64,000 nucleotides of DNA from Eledone cirrhosa (Eukaryota). Below the pieces are notes generated by a model. That model was not told where the DNA came from. It did not search any database and was given only the letters and a program-made list of their open reading frames with translations. Position 1 is the first letter of the stretch. Every line of letters begins with the position of its first letter. Shown in pieces: positions 1-14,960 of the stretch. A program made the translations under genes and the position numbers. Location of the stretch: positions 24,366,001 through 24,430,000 of the forward strand of contig OZ024751.1 of NCBI GenBank assembly GCA_964016885.1, written 5' to 3'.

Positions 1-61
1 CTCTCAATATTTCCATCTCTCAAACTACAGACGTATATTCAGTAATAATAATGGTACTTAC

Positions 62-189
62 CGGTATTTTGGTTAACATCTCAGTAATTGGAGGACATAA
101 CATACCAGATAGTGTCCCAACGCCGTTTGACAACCCCATCAGTATACTAGCGTAACGGGGTGCAATATCAAGATGATTGACGTTAAAAC
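62..189 (-). CDS. VGLUT: VGLUT coding exon (128 nt): (G)[42 protein letters not shown]
   Basis: ttttctcctag acceptor and CCG|gtaagt donor; [19 protein letters not shown] motif. Confidence 0.96.
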
Positions 190-826
190 CTAGGAGAAAA
201 AATTAAAAAAAGAAAATCAAAACTTTTGTCAGTGGTTACGTTGTCCCGGGAATGGAGATATTTTGTCGTCCAATGTTATACAAGCATGACCCGTAACTCC
301 CGAAGAAGTCGTGAGGGCGCTGTATTGACATACGATGTTTCTATGGCTTTTTAACACCTGGCGGAACCCATCTTCTCTCCAGGTCTGAATATAGCAGATT
401 TAATGTAAAGAAAGATAGAGAGAGGGAGAAAATGGAAGTGAGAAAAAGATATAGAGAAATAATCGACCTCAGTACTTAACTGGTACTTTTTTCTCGTCCT
501 TGACTAAATAAAAGGGTAAAGTTGACCTCGGCAGCATTTGAAATCCGGAATTAGAGGTTCGAAACGAATAATGACTCTGCCAATTCGCCGCCTACCCAAT
601 GCTATATAGTAAGTTGTTGTGAGATTCCTGTAATGGAGATCTCTCGTCACCCAATGCTATATAGGTAAGTATATACGCATGTAAGTATGTATGTAAGTAT
701 GTATGCATGTATGTATGTATTAAAGAATGTATGTATGTATAAAAGTGCGTAGTTATCTTTGGATTTTAGTCTTCACATTTATTATTATTACTATATACAT
801 ATTTATATATATATATATACATATTA

Positions 827-857
<31 letters not shown>

Positions 858-868
858 GGGGGGGGGGT

Positions 869-1002
869 GACGGGTTCAATCGGGGGTAACCACAGAAAGT
901 AAGGTACTCAATACATAGCAGAGTATAAATATTTAATATAGAAATAGCTTCTACAAGACTAGAACTGATTCATTCGGGAGAAATCACCAGGAAAGCCGAC
1001 TG
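869..1002 (-). mobile_element. Family B HHR-bearing element with a degenerate core; other copies at 32718-32840, 38200-38255 and 47601-47760
   Basis: Shared terminus cgggttcaatcgggggtaaccacag. Consensus across copies: GGCTTTC-CTGATGA-TTTC....GAAT-GAAA-CAG ttctagtc CTG-TA-GAAGCC. Confidence 0.65.
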
Positions 1003-1279
1003 TCAATGAAATATGGTGGCATTGATACATTTTCTGATGGTAGGAGAGCCTGGTGAGTGTGATGGATGGAGGTTCATTGGCTTATGGATTTAAAGAAAGG
1101 GGATTCTTAGTCCTTTGGAAAATCTGCTTCGTAGAATCAAGACGTATCTGAGGACCCTGCGATTTCAGAGTCAGTTTCGATCATCACATCGATCGTGCCT
1201 CAAGCTGGTCGCCACAGAACCGATTGTAATATGTCCAATAGATTCCATTCGTCGCAACACTGATTCTCTTTTTTTCTGT

Positions 1280-1315
<36 letters not shown>

Positions 1316-1627
1316 CGTATTTGTGTATATATATGTGTATCTCCATCTGTGTTTGCATATGCATGTGTCTGTATGTGTATGAGTATCTAAATGACGTACA
1401 ACAAATCAATATTCTTTCCAATAAATAGAGAAACGTGTTTTGTTTTATGATTTGTTTGTGTTAAGTAAAAAAACTCTTAATCAATTGACCTTTCAATATA
1501 ATTACTGATACTATCCCTCTCTCTCTCTCTCTGTTACTCTTTCTCTCTGACTATCTATCTATTTACTTATCTTTTTCTCTCACTCTGACTATCTTTATAT
1601 ATATACATATATATATATATATATAAA

Positions 1628-1890
1628 AAGTCTGTCTTAAGCCAGAAGGCTCATTTGGCCGGTGCTTATCCCGGTTTCATGGCGTGAAGAGACTGAGAGT
1701 ACAAGACCCCCCCCCCCCCCACGCCACGCTGGACAGGACGCCAGTCCATCGCAGGGTTAAACCTCCTGCTATTGCTGGTAATAATTTTCAGCTGAGTAAA
1801 CTGGAGTAACGTGAAATAAAGTGTCTTGCTCAACACATCACCCGGTCTTTCGATTGCAAGCCTAATGCTTTAACCACTAAGCCATGCGCC
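1628..1890 (-). mobile_element. tRNA-derived SINE with CORE-like and V-domain-like segments
   Basis: Minus strand reads atggcttagtggttaaagc head, gagcaagacacttt, then ccctgcgatggactggcgtcc. Confidence 0.55.
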
Positions 1891-1891
1891 T

Positions 1892-1996
<105 letters not shown>

Positions 1997-2263
1997 GTAT
2001 CTCTTTCACATTCTCTCTCTCTCGCTCTCTGTTACTCTATCACCCCTCTCTCTCTGTTTCTCTTTCTCTCTTTCCCTATCTATGTTTACATCTCGCTTAA
2101 GAGATTGACGATATGTTTCTCAACGATAATCGATACCACGGAATATCTAACATTTAATTTTAAATAAAATATTGAAATCACAACAACAATAGCATCAACA
2201 ACAATAGCAACCATTAAAACAATAACCGATGTTGAAATGAATTAGTATTATTAAAGACAAGCT

Positions 2264-2345
<82 letters not shown>

Positions 2346-2372
2346 AGTGGGGTGGGTGGTAGTAGCAGTAGC

Positions 2373-2403
<31 letters not shown>

Positions 2404-4225
2404 ATTAATTGTTTCTACTTTTGGCACAAGGCCAGCAATTACCCAATGCATTACTGGTACTTTATTTTATCGACCTCGTAAGGATGTAAGGCAAAGTTAA
2501 CCTCGGCGGGATTAGAACTCAGAATGGCAAGGGACGTAACTCTATGTGTCAAAGCACTATGACTCGGGTTAATAAGCACATTGACATTACGGTTATCTTT
2601 CGCCATTTTATTTCACATTGTGCGATGTCACGTGATCGGAAGTGGAAATACCATGGATGACAACCGAAGGAAGTAACATTTCATCGTAAAGAATAATGGA
2701 CATGAGAAAAAATAAAGACATTTTAACAAAGATATTTACTAACCCTCCACTTTCCACCTCCCTACCTTACATTGCTATTATAATCACCATCACCACCACC
2801 ATTACTTTCGCCTCCAACACCACTACATTACCATCAGCACTACTGCCATCACCATCATCAGCACCACTGTCATCACCACCAGCACCAATACATTACCATC
2901 AACACTACTATCACCATCAACACCATTACCTTCGCCATCAACACTACTACATTACCATCAACACGACTACACTACCATCAACACGACTACACTACCATCA
3001 ACACTACTACATTACCATCAACACGACTACACTACCATCAACACCACTACATTACTATCGACACCACTACATTACCATCAGCACCACTACATTACTATCA
3101 GAACCACTATATCACCATCAACACCACTACATCACCATCAATACCACTACATCACCATCAACATCACTACTATCACCATCAACACTACAAATACGAATAC
3201 GGCTAACTACCACCACCGCCACCACCATCACCACAATCACTACTATCCATCATCGTCATCCTACGAAGAAGAATGGTTTTTTTTACGTCGAACATCAAAT
3301 CCCAAAGTATGTTCAAATTTAGAAAATGTCTATGAAATAGCAGATACGGATAGTTTTTATAATAACAGATATAGAGAGATTTTAACCATTTCATTACCAA
3401 ACTGGAAGACACAAACTATGATTTTCTAGTAACGATGAAGTTAATCAGGAATTTGGAGGGATTTTTAATAATGTAACTAACTTTATTATTTTACCATCCT
3501 CCGGAGAAACGCCTTCTCCATTCTGTCCGCCGGGGCTGTAGGTAGGCTAGCACGTGGGACCCCATTTGCTCACCATACAGAGAGGTGGAGGCGATGGCAG
3601 TGGGAGTCCGGCTCTTCCACGTTTGGACCATATCCTTGTGGTTATATACACTAACTCAAATGTATATAATAAAAAAATATATTTCTATTTTATTAATAAT
3701 TGTTTGGAGCATAGATTAAGGAAGGTTCTTACACAAAATTATCATGGAAGGTGTAGAAGTTAATACAAACACTTTAAGATAAGTAGGCTTTTACTGTAGA
3801 GCGATTTTGGACGGCCAGGTATAAAAAATATTAAAGTTTAGATAGAGAATAAAAATCAAAAATAAAAGCAGATAGGGGATAAGGCAGGGGAGATAAATAT
3901 AACCAGATGGAAAAGGAAGCCATTACTTTGAAATAAAACAGCAGAGAGAACAAAATCAAGAGAGAAGCTAATTCAGTGGTGGTTAATGGTAGTCATGGTT
4001 TGACAGTGACTAAAGGAAATTCCCAGGGTTATTCTATGAAGAGAAAGCGAGAGACGAAAGAAAAAAAAATACAATAGACATTTTGACAGAGAATTAGAGA
4101 ACGGACTGAGTATCTGACGTAAATCTCTCCAGAAATAGAATTAAGATATAGAAAAAGCAATTGATTTGACGGAAAAAAAATGTATATATATATAAATCAG
4201 GAAAGAAGAGTGACACGGTTATATA

Positions 4226-4331
<106 letters not shown>

Positions 4332-4810
4332 AAAAGCAAGAAAGAAAACGAAAAATGATACCTAAATGAACAAATAAATGAATAAATCAACAAATACATA
4401 TATGAATAAATAAATATAAATATATTAATAAATAAATGAATATACTAATTATAACTTGAAGGTAAAGTCAACGTAAATCATTACGTTAGAAGAAGAGACT
4501 GATAGAGACTAAGAAAGAGAGAGAGTGGGAATAATTTGTCCTAGACACAGTCACAGATAGACACAAAAAGCACGAGAAAAAATCAAATGCATAAGAACAG
4601 AAATGTTAAAAATAGACCTATAACGAATAGCTGAATATATATATATATATATATATATATCGCCTCGCCGGGCTTGGAAAGAGAAACGTGTATGAGAGAG
4701 AGAAAGAAAGAGAAAGAAAGAGAGAGAGACGAAGACAGACACAAAACCAAGAAAGAGAATAAGATACATGATCCGAGATAAGAGTGAATATTTATATACA
4801 TACACATGTA

Positions 4811-4855
<45 letters not shown>

Positions 4856-6055
4856 TGATATGTTTTCTGATATCAGAAAATCCCTGATTGATTCCAGTAT
4901 ATGATTCTATTATTTGATAAACTCACTCGTCTTGTTCCCTGCTGGATATCAGTGGGAAATCATCTAATTGGATCTTTGCATGAAGCACTAGTGTTTTTTG
5001 ACAACTTTAACGTATCTTAGATATCTTTTAAACTCTGGAATACTAAAATGGAGTTTAAAAGGAACATATTCCAGAGAGGGAGAAAGTCGTATTGAAGTAA
5101 AAAACAATATTGCATTTTAGCTGAAATATACACATGACTGCAGTGTCTTCTAAATATAGATTTTTGTGAAGGGAAGAAAAAAATAATATTTAAAGTATAT
5201 TCTGAGGGTATTTCATTCGTATGACTTCTTCGTTAAAACATATTAAATAAATATACATATATGCGTATATCTATATATGTTTAGACTTGTAAATCGTGAT
5301 GTAGTCGCAGGGAATCCGTTGTGACATACAGTGTATTAGGGGCATTTTGTTTAAACCTGGCGGAGAACATCCGCTTTCCAGGTCTGAACTCATAGTGCAG
5401 AGTCACTATGAGTCACAGCGTTCTAGCGACTCAACCAAGTAACCCCTGCGTATAACTGCACGGATATATATATCTCTATATACATACATAGATGGGAGTG
5501 TTTAATTTTGTGGTTTATCAATATTTACAATGCGTTTCTTTTCTCTAGTTGTCAGGGAAACACTCCGCAAGAAATGGAAACAAAACTGAAGGAAGAGAAA
5601 ACACACAAATAATGATAATAATAATTGTTTCTACATTAGGCACAAGGCCAGCAATTTGAAGGGAAAAGAAAAGACGGATAAATAGACCCCAGTGCATTAC
5701 TGGTACTTTATTTTATCGACCCTGTGAGGATGAAAGGCAAAGCTAACTTCGGGATTTGAAATCAGAACGTAAAGGGCCGTAATTCTATATCGCGAAGCAT
5801 TTGGTCCGACACTCTACCGATTCTGCCAATGGTTGCTCTATAATAATAATAATAATTGTTTCTATGTTTGGCACAAGGCCAGCAATTACCCAGTACATTA
5901 CTGGTACTTTATTTTATCGACCCCGCAAGGATGAAAGGCAAAGTTAACCGCGGCGGGATTTGAACTCAAGAACGTAAAGGGCTATAACTCTATGCTGCAA
6001 AGCATGGCGTCTGATGCTCTACCGATACTGCCAAAATAATAATAATAATAATAAT

Positions 6056-6425
6056 GAAAAAAGATCGTGCATGGTTGTAGATGTAGCCTGCCCATTTGAC
6101 ACGAGAGTGCAAGAAAGGGAGAGGGAGAAAATTAAACGATACCAGGACTTAAAGTGGGAGTTAAAAAGGATTTGGGACTGCCATGAAATCAAGGTCGTCC
6201 CAATTGTCATAGGCGCACTAGGTACTACCTCAAAGAGTTTCCAAGGATGGTTAAAGAAGATAAGTCCAGCCTCGCTTTTTGGAACACTTCAAAAGGCGTG
6301 CTTGCTGGGAACAGCAAGAACCCTCCGATACGTCCTGAATATCTGAGGCTGCAGGTAGCGGCTTGATATTCATTTCAACAAACTTTCCAGTTAAATAACA
6401 TCAATGACTGAAACTCAAAGAACAT
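6056..6425 (+). mobile_element. 5'-truncated R4/Dong-clade non-LTR retrotransposon (restriction-like endonuclease C-terminus plus 3' UTR) in (TAA)n
   Basis: EKRSCMVVDVACPFD...EKIKRYQDL...VVPIVIGALG; AAT repeats on both sides. Confidence 0.85.
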
Positions 6426-6484
6426 TAATAACAATAATAATAATAATGATGATGATGATGATGATGTAGTATTTCATTGATTAC

Positions 6485-6595
6485 CTGATATAGCAAAGCC
6501 ACTGAAGCCAACTGCTAATGTGAGACATATGATTGCTGTATATCTGTCGGCAGTGTAGCCAACACCTAATAAGAAGACAGCTTCCATTCCAAAAC
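6485..6595 (-). CDS. VGLUT: VGLUT coding exon (111 nt): (G)[36 protein letters not shown](G)
   Basis: attccag acceptor and CAG|gtaatc donor; FGMEA and [11 protein letters not shown] motifs. Confidence 0.95.
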
Positions 6596-7610
6596 CTGGA
6601 ATATAAGAAAAGTTAGGATATTAAGCAAACATACATTCAAAGTATCATGTAAAACCAAACGTGAAAAATAGTATAATATTTATTAAGTTTACTATTACAT
6701 TAATACATCGTTGAATACTTATTTCACTTTACAACAGAGTACGACCCCATAATTGACGCTGAGCCCATTTTAGTGTTTATTCTCTCCATCTACTATTGGG
6801 ATGCCCTTGGTTTCGTTTCTATTTCCAGGTATCATACACTCCAGACAGATTTTAGAGAAACCCTGTTCATTGTCATTACATTGACTTTTGTCCTTCATTG
6901 ACATTTTAAGAACATTGTAGGGTGTGAACTCTCCATCTAATATTTGGAAATCCTTATTTTCTATTTCCTGTTATCATAACCTGCAGATACTGAGTTCACT
7001 CTGCAAGTGATATTGAGAGCGTTGTAAGGTCTGTACTCTCCATTTAACATTTGGATATCCTTGTTTTCTATTTCCTATTATCAGTTACCATAACCTCCAA
7101 ACATTAAGTTCTCTCTATGGATGACATAGAGACCATTTTAGACTATGCTCTTTCCATCCACCATCTCCATGGCTCCCCTTCAGGGTAAAACATTCACAAT
7201 TCTGATCACAGTAATCATGACACAAAAAATATTTGAGTTATTGTAAAAGACATAAGGAGACTTAATAAAGCCTTGACCTTGATGGTAGAGTACGATAGAA
7301 AGGACAATAGCTTCTTCATGAAAGCAAAGCTGAATATTCTGCATAATCTAGGTTTCCATAGTTTTGAACATAAATCAACAGAAGCAACGATATAACACAT
7401 TCTTATTTGGTTCTTAATTATATTTTCTCTCTTGTTCTGCCTGCGTTGCTGTAATTCCTAATACACAATTATATTATCACTACCAACTCATATCACCTTT
7501 TATGGTTGCATGGAAAAGAAACATTTTATGTCGTACGTACAATATATATTTGTTTCTTACTATATATGTGTGTGTGAGTGTGTGTGTCTGTGTGTGCGTG
7601 TGTGTGTGTC

Positions 7611-7679
<69 letters not shown>

Positions 7680-7797
7680 TATTGCATAGTCAGGCAGGCA
7701 ACTCTATATTTCTGAAACGTTCGCAAACATACATATGCTATATATACACACATATATATATGTATATATATATATTATATATATAAATTTATATATG

Positions 7798-7831
<34 letters not shown>

Positions 7832-7838
7832 AAATGTA

Positions 7839-7896
<58 letters not shown>

Positions 7897-8004
7897 CATG
7901 AATATATGCATGTATTTGCTAGGAAACTTTGCACTTACACACACCACACACATATATATATATATACATATATTCATAAGTATGTGTGTGTGAGTGTACG
8001 TGTG

Positions 8005-8370
8005 TGATACCCGCTTCCTCACGTTCCAGTGTAGCCATTGCATGCATTTTCAAACACGCTTCTGTATTTGTGAAGCAGGAACGGGAATTTTTAAGCCACC
8101 ACGAATCCTACATTCTCTTAGACAGATTCAACGGACATTGCTTTTGGCAACAGGAATCGGTAGCTGGTTGGTATTTAAATTCATATGCCGCCTCAGGTGT
8201 TCTGTTGGCTTTACCATATTGATAGCAGAGCACACTTTACTACATTGATGGCAGATCGTTATACTCTCTGCACCAATACAATCTGTATCAGCCCTATTTT
8301 ACAGGGCTCCCTTTGTGAATCTTTAATCCAGTTCTGCTGAGGTAAACCCTCCACACTAATTGCATCGTGA
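8005..8370 (-). mobile_element. Degenerate LINE 3' region with C2H2-like zinc-finger remnants (RTE/BovB-like)
   Basis: Broken frames give LSRTGLKIH, CHQCSKVC and CLRECRIRGGLKI. Confidence 0.4.
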
Positions 8371-8387
8371 TATATGTGTGTGGAGGC

Positions 8388-8420
<33 letters not shown>

Positions 8421-8526
8421 TAGATAGATGGATATATATATATTATATACAAGCGTGTACCTAATACTTTGTACAGCACCCTTAGCTTTGTTTTTGTTTT
8501 TTGTTTTCTGTTTTAACTATAATATA

Positions 8527-8571
<45 letters not shown>

Positions 8572-8576
<5 letters not shown>

Positions 8577-8763
8577 AAGAAGTAGGACCCCGACGGCTGA
8601 GCTCAAGCCGTTTCGACGGCTAATTCAGTACAGAATTAGCCGTCGAAACGGCTTGAGCTCAGCCGTCGGGGTCTTACTTGTTCCTATTACCCACTCTACT
8701 ACCCTAAGTATTGAGTAATTTGGTGCGTTATGGTCCACCTGGTTCCTTACCACATTTCCTTCG

Positions 8764-8765
<2 letters not shown>
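8572..8765. mobile_element. Family A short fold-back element in (TA)n
   Basis: Palindrome gaccccgacggctgagctcaagccgtttcgacggctaattc / its reverse complement, plus the family A tail; TA flanks. Confidence 0.8.
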
Positions 8766-8821
<56 letters not shown>

Positions 8822-9047
8822 AAATGAGGGGTTTTTTTAATGAAAAAAAAAATGGGATGTCCTACACGAGTGAAAGTATAAGGAAAAGAAATCGAAAATG
8901 CAACTGGAGTCTTTTTAAGAATATTTAATCGTTTCCTTTACCGGTTTCACAGTTCTTATGCTTTTCAAAAGTAGAATTGAGATGGAGGGTCTGTGTATTT
9001 TCTCGCATCTCTCTCTCTCGCCCCTCTCTTTCTCTGTCTCTCTCTCG

Positions 9048-9079
<32 letters not shown>

Positions 9080-9463
9080 GGGATTCTATAATAGTGGACT
9101 CTCTACACATATACAGATATACAAAATATGAGTCAGAAATAATTACAGTACAGTGATCACAAACAGAATTAATCAATGCTAATACTGCCAAAAGTTGAGA
9201 AACGAGTTAATCAATAGATCGATCTATCGATCAGTCAATGTATTGTTGAACCTATCTGTTTAATGAGCGGTTGATGATATGAATAGAATTGGAGAAGAAA
9301 TAAACATTCATTCAAACATAGATTTATCTATGAATTAAGCACTCCACTCACACACACTTATACACACATATACACATACACACACACATAAATCACATAC
9401 AAATATAGAAACCCACGAAAACATTCATTGAGATACGCTACCACACCTATGTCTATATATATG

Positions 9464-9548
<85 letters not shown>

Positions 9549-9552
<4 letters not shown>

Positions 9553-9846
9553 AAAACGAAAAATCAATGATGCATCTGGACTCAATTTATTGCGTGTTAC
9601 AATTGTTTCGCCGGCAGGTAGCTCGAGACATGTTCCCTGTATGGATCTGGCTGATTCTACGGCTGCAGGTTCCTTCAGATACGGGTAGTTCGTTCGGAGC
9701 CAATTTTGTCACTGGGGTGTTATCATCAAAAAAGCACCCTCACAAAATCTCTTCCACTCTTGTCATGCCATTGCTACCTGCCGGTGAAACAATTGTAACA
9801 CGCAATAATTTGAGTCCAGATGCATCACTGATTTTTCGTTTTCTTT
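9549..9846. mobile_element. Family C element with ~70-bp inverted ends containing half of an HHR; related copy at 34560-34760
   Basis: Inverted arms aaagaaaacg...ggcaggtagc / gctacctgcc...cgttttcttt. Minus strand reads cgtat-ctgaagga-acctgc...gccggc-gaaa-caattg-ta-acacg (degenerate HHR). Confidence 0.6.
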
Positions 9847-9933
9847 ATACTATCTACACTCTACTCTGCTGAATATTGAGTGCTAATTTTGGGATACCGC
9901 TTATGGAAGCACCATAGCTACCATTATACACAA

Positions 9934-10036
<103 letters not shown>

Positions 10037-10164
10037 TGTGTGTGTGTGTGTGTATATATGTATATATATATATATACATATATAAATACATATATACACA
10101 TTTACATATATATACATGTCAATATATATATATGTATTTATATATATGTATATACATATATATA

Positions 10165-10280
<116 letters not shown>

Positions 10281-11025
10281 TAGATAGATATGTAAATGCA
10301 TATGTATGTATATATTCACATATTACCGCCATGTTGCTCCTACAATACTGGTGTTGTGGTCCTTATCACTACCGTACATAGTTCATTAAATAGATCGACT
10401 TTGAATGGGCGTTAGGAGAAACTAGTCGCATTAAGATCTACTTGTAATGGCTATCAAGTTGAGAAACACAAATACATCTTGAATCACATGAGTGGTATCA
10501 ATGTAGAATATGTGGCAGTGTGGTGGTGGTTGGGTGAAACACGTGGTGGATTACACGGTTGTATGTGTATATGTGTATGTATTCGTAAGAATATGTGCAT
10601 GTATATATGTATATGTAAGTATGAATATGTATGAATGGATGTATGTGCATGCATGCATATACGAATGTATGTATGTATGGAGGTATGTATGAATGGACGA
10701 ATCGCTTGCTCGATTCATGTCTGTATATATGTATTATGTGTCTGTATTTGACTATGTATATATAGGTGTCTGTATATATGTATATATATATATATATTAT
10801 GTGTGTATATATGTATGTATATGTGTATTATATGTGTCTGTATATATGTACATATGTGTCTGTATATATGTACATATGTGTCTGTATATATGTACATATG
10901 TGTCTGTATATATGTACATATGTGTCTGTATATATGTATATATGTGTCTGTATATATGTACATATGTGTCTGTATATATGTATATATGTGTCTGTATATA
11001 TATATGTGTATATATATATGTATAT

Positions 11026-11075
<50 letters not shown>

Positions 11076-11106
11076 TGTATATACATATATATACGTATAT
11101 ATATAT

Positions 11107-11195
<89 letters not shown>

Positions 11196-11982
11196 AAGTC
11201 CATAGAATCATTAGATAAAATATATACAGTATTTCTTCTCCCAATCAGCATAAATTAACCACACAAAAAATCATTTAAACGAGGCTATAGGTTTAAAATA
11301 TACCTATGAAGAAATAGTAGATACATGATACAGCTCTATATCCGCGATTCACAGCTATAGAAAATTTACCTATTATTTCTGATAGCCTGTAGAAATTGAC
11401 TAGATATAGAGTTAACCATACATAATTAGTTGCAAAATCATATATATATATATGTATGTATCTCTTCCACATCATAATCTCTCTCTGCTTCCCTCTCTCT
11501 CCCTCTCTCTCTCCATCTCACCCTCTCTCTCTCTCTCTCTCTCTCTCTAACTCTCCCTCTCTCTGTCTCTCCGTGAGACAATAACGCAACATGAATTAAC
11601 ATTACAGACAATGGCCAAAACAGACGATGTCTTATGTGAGATTTGAACGCAAACATCAAGAGAGCTGGAAGTAACAGCAGAATAGGTCCTACCCGACACA
11701 GTAACCACACACAATTCTCTCTATTGCTTGGTTATTCTTAATGTGGGAAATTCTTGAGAACACTAGTATAACAACCTTTGGCATTGCACTTGGAACCATG
11801 TCAATGCGAAGCCAACGATGTAACCACTTGGCAGCGGCTGAGTCCATGATAGGAACATAGCTGAATTACGGCAAATCCATTTACATGATATTTTTTTTTA
11901 CATCTATCTAACTATCAATGTATCCATTTGTACAGCTCTCTCTTCCTCCTGCCCACTTTATACATATACATACATACATGCC

Positions 11983-12048
<66 letters not shown>

Positions 12049-12071
12049 AACACACACATATACATATATTG

Positions 12072-12111
<40 letters not shown>

Positions 12112-12179
12112 AGCAAAAAGGAAAAAGAAAAACAAAGTAAACAACTCAATACAATGAAAAAATATATTAGTTTAACGCT

Positions 12180-12290
<111 letters not shown>

Positions 12291-13160
12291 CATACATAAA
12301 TACATGCTTGCGTACATACATACATTCCTACATACATACTTATACATATGTATATCTATATATACATACATATATATATATTTGTGTGTGTGTGTGTGTT
12401 GTCTAAGTATTATGCCTATAATGAAAAGGATGAAGTAAAAAGAAAGTGAGAAAGGGGAGGAGGCGGGGGTGGGGGGCGTGGAGGAGGAGGGGGTAAGATA
12501 AGAAGGCGAGCTTTGCAAACGTTGTGATACAATACATAGAACAGCATAGAGTATTGATTGGAACCTTATCTCTCGGATGGTTGCGTATAGAAGTATGCCG
12601 CATAATGACCTACACAGAAGCAACGACAGCAACAACAATGACAACAACAACACAACAATCACAACAATAACAGCAACATCAGCAATAACAACAACAATAA
12701 CAGCAGCATTCATAACAACAGCAACAACAATGATGACAGCCACAACACAAAAATCACAATAATAACAACATCAGCAATAACAACAACAATAACAGCACCA
12801 TTCATAACAACAACAACAACAACAACAACAATAATGACAGCCACAATACAACAATCACAATAACAACAACATCAGGAATAACAACAACAATAACAGCAGC
12901 ATTCATAACAACAACAACAATAATGACAGCAACAACAACAACAGCACCAACAACAACAACAACAACAACACCAACAACATCAACAACACCAACAACAACA
13001 ACACCAACAACAACACCAACAACAACAACACCACCACCAACAACAACAACAACAACACCAACAACAACAACACCAACAACATCAACAACATCAACAACAC
13101 CAACATCAACAACAACAACACTAAGCAATGCAGAAACAACCACAACACGAACATCAATAA

Positions 13161-13380
13161 TGGTTTCTGATATAGGCACAAGGCCAGCAATTTTGAGGGA
13201 GGGGGAAAGTCGATTAAATCGACTCCAGTGCGTGACTGGTATTTTTTTATTTTATCGACCCCGTTAGGACGAAAGGCAAAGTTAACCTCGGCGGGATTCG
13301 AACTCAGATCATAAAGGGCCGTAACTCTATCCTGCAAAGCATAGCGTCCGACCCTCTACCGATACTGCCAACCCACCGCC
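13161..13380 (-). mobile_element. tRNA-derived Meta-domain SINE, full length; roughly 20 or more full and partial copies in the window
   Basis: A box (tggcagtatcgg), B box (gttcgaatccc), Meta-like gcctttcgtcc...gggtcgataaaat...taccag and an (ATT)n tail. Confidence 0.8.
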
Positions 13381-13982
13381 CGAACACGAACAGCAATATT
13401 AACAGCAACAACAATTTATTATTCATTATATATAATAAAAGACCAACAAATAATGGCGCTGACATCAACCTGAGTAGTAATGGAATCAAACGGATGCCAT
13501 CTTGTATCGGAAGGAATAGTGAGGAAAGTGTGTGGAAATGTTGGCAAAATAGAATGTTGGTGTTTTATAGAGTATAGCATACAGATATATACCTATATAC
13601 ACATTATTTACATAGATACACACACACACATACACTAACGCACCTACATACAGAGGAACTCACATACGACATATACATATATACACAGATATTTGCATAG
13701 ACACCCATACACATACACATACACACATACATACATACAGAGGCAGCCACACACACAGACATATACATATATACACATATATTTACATAGACACCCATAC
13801 ACATACACATACACACATACATACATACATACAGAGGCAGCCACACACACAGATATATACATATATAGACAGATATTTACATAGACACCCATACACATAC
13901 ACATACACACATACATACAGAGGCAGCCACACACACACAGACATATACATATATACACATATATTTACATAGAGAACCCTAT

Positions 13983-14020
<38 letters not shown>

Positions 14021-14257
14021 ACACATAGACACACACACATAGGTTCACCTATACATTTCTACAGAACCACACATTCATATGCATACACACACAAAGAGAC
14101 ACACACACTTGCATTTTCACAGAAAACACAAATTTGCATAGAAGGGAACATAAATACGCACGCACACGCGCACACATTTTTACGAATATACATATACACA
14201 CATACACATAACACACATCACCTCTTCTACAAAAGAACCCAATATATTTCTACATAT

Positions 14258-14475
14258 GGTTTCTTATATAGGCACAAGGCCAGCAATTTTTGGAGGGAGG
14301 GGAAAGGCGATTAAATCGACCCCAGTACGTGTCTGGTACTTTATTTCATTGACTCCGTAAGGATGAAAGGCAAAGTTAACCTCAGCGGGATTTGAACTCA
14401 GATCATAAAGGGCCGTAACTCTATGCTGAAAAGCATGTTGTCCGACGCCCTACCGATACTGCCAATCGACCGCCT
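14258..14475 (-). mobile_element. Meta-domain SINE copy
   Basis: Homologous to 13161-13380. Confidence 0.8.
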
Positions 14476-14759
14476 TGTACAAACCTAATAATTGTTTATA
14501 CTTTTGGCACAAGGCCAGCAATTACTCAGTGCATTACTGGTACTTTATTTTATCGACCCCGTAAGGATGAAAGGCAAAGTCAACCTCGGCGGGATTTGAA
14601 CTCAGATCGTAAAGGGACGTAACTATGCTGGAAAGCTACCGATTCTGCCAATCCAACCTAATAATGAGAAGAAACATTGTATGTTTATATATGTTAGATA
14701 ATTAGAAAGGAAATAAACAGCAAAGAATAGAATAGAACGATTGAGAATTACACTAAGTT

Positions 14760-14960
14760 CAGACAGAAAATACTCAGGAATTAATGAACAAGCAAATAAC
14801 AACACTTCCAGATCTTGGAAAATAATTAAAAAATACTATAAACACATTAGAGTTCTACTTAAAACAGAACAAAATGCTAAAATTAAGATATCGCACATCG
14901 ATATTTTAGCTGTCCTAATAACTATTCTATTGTTAAAATGTAGACGACTGGAAGTTAAGT
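14760..14960 (+). mobile_element. Degenerate R4/Dong-like post-RT fragment
   Basis: KKYYKHIRVLLKTEQNAKIKISHIDILAV resembles the R4-clade Y..R.R..LK.ELN..NK..AIN..AV motif. Confidence 0.45.

Noticed and set aside
8572-8765. Family A palindromes as microRNA precursors or ordinary MITEs
   Set aside because: The long copy at 53955 shows that the arms are the 3' half of a hammerhead, and the elements are asymmetric with a tail on one side only.
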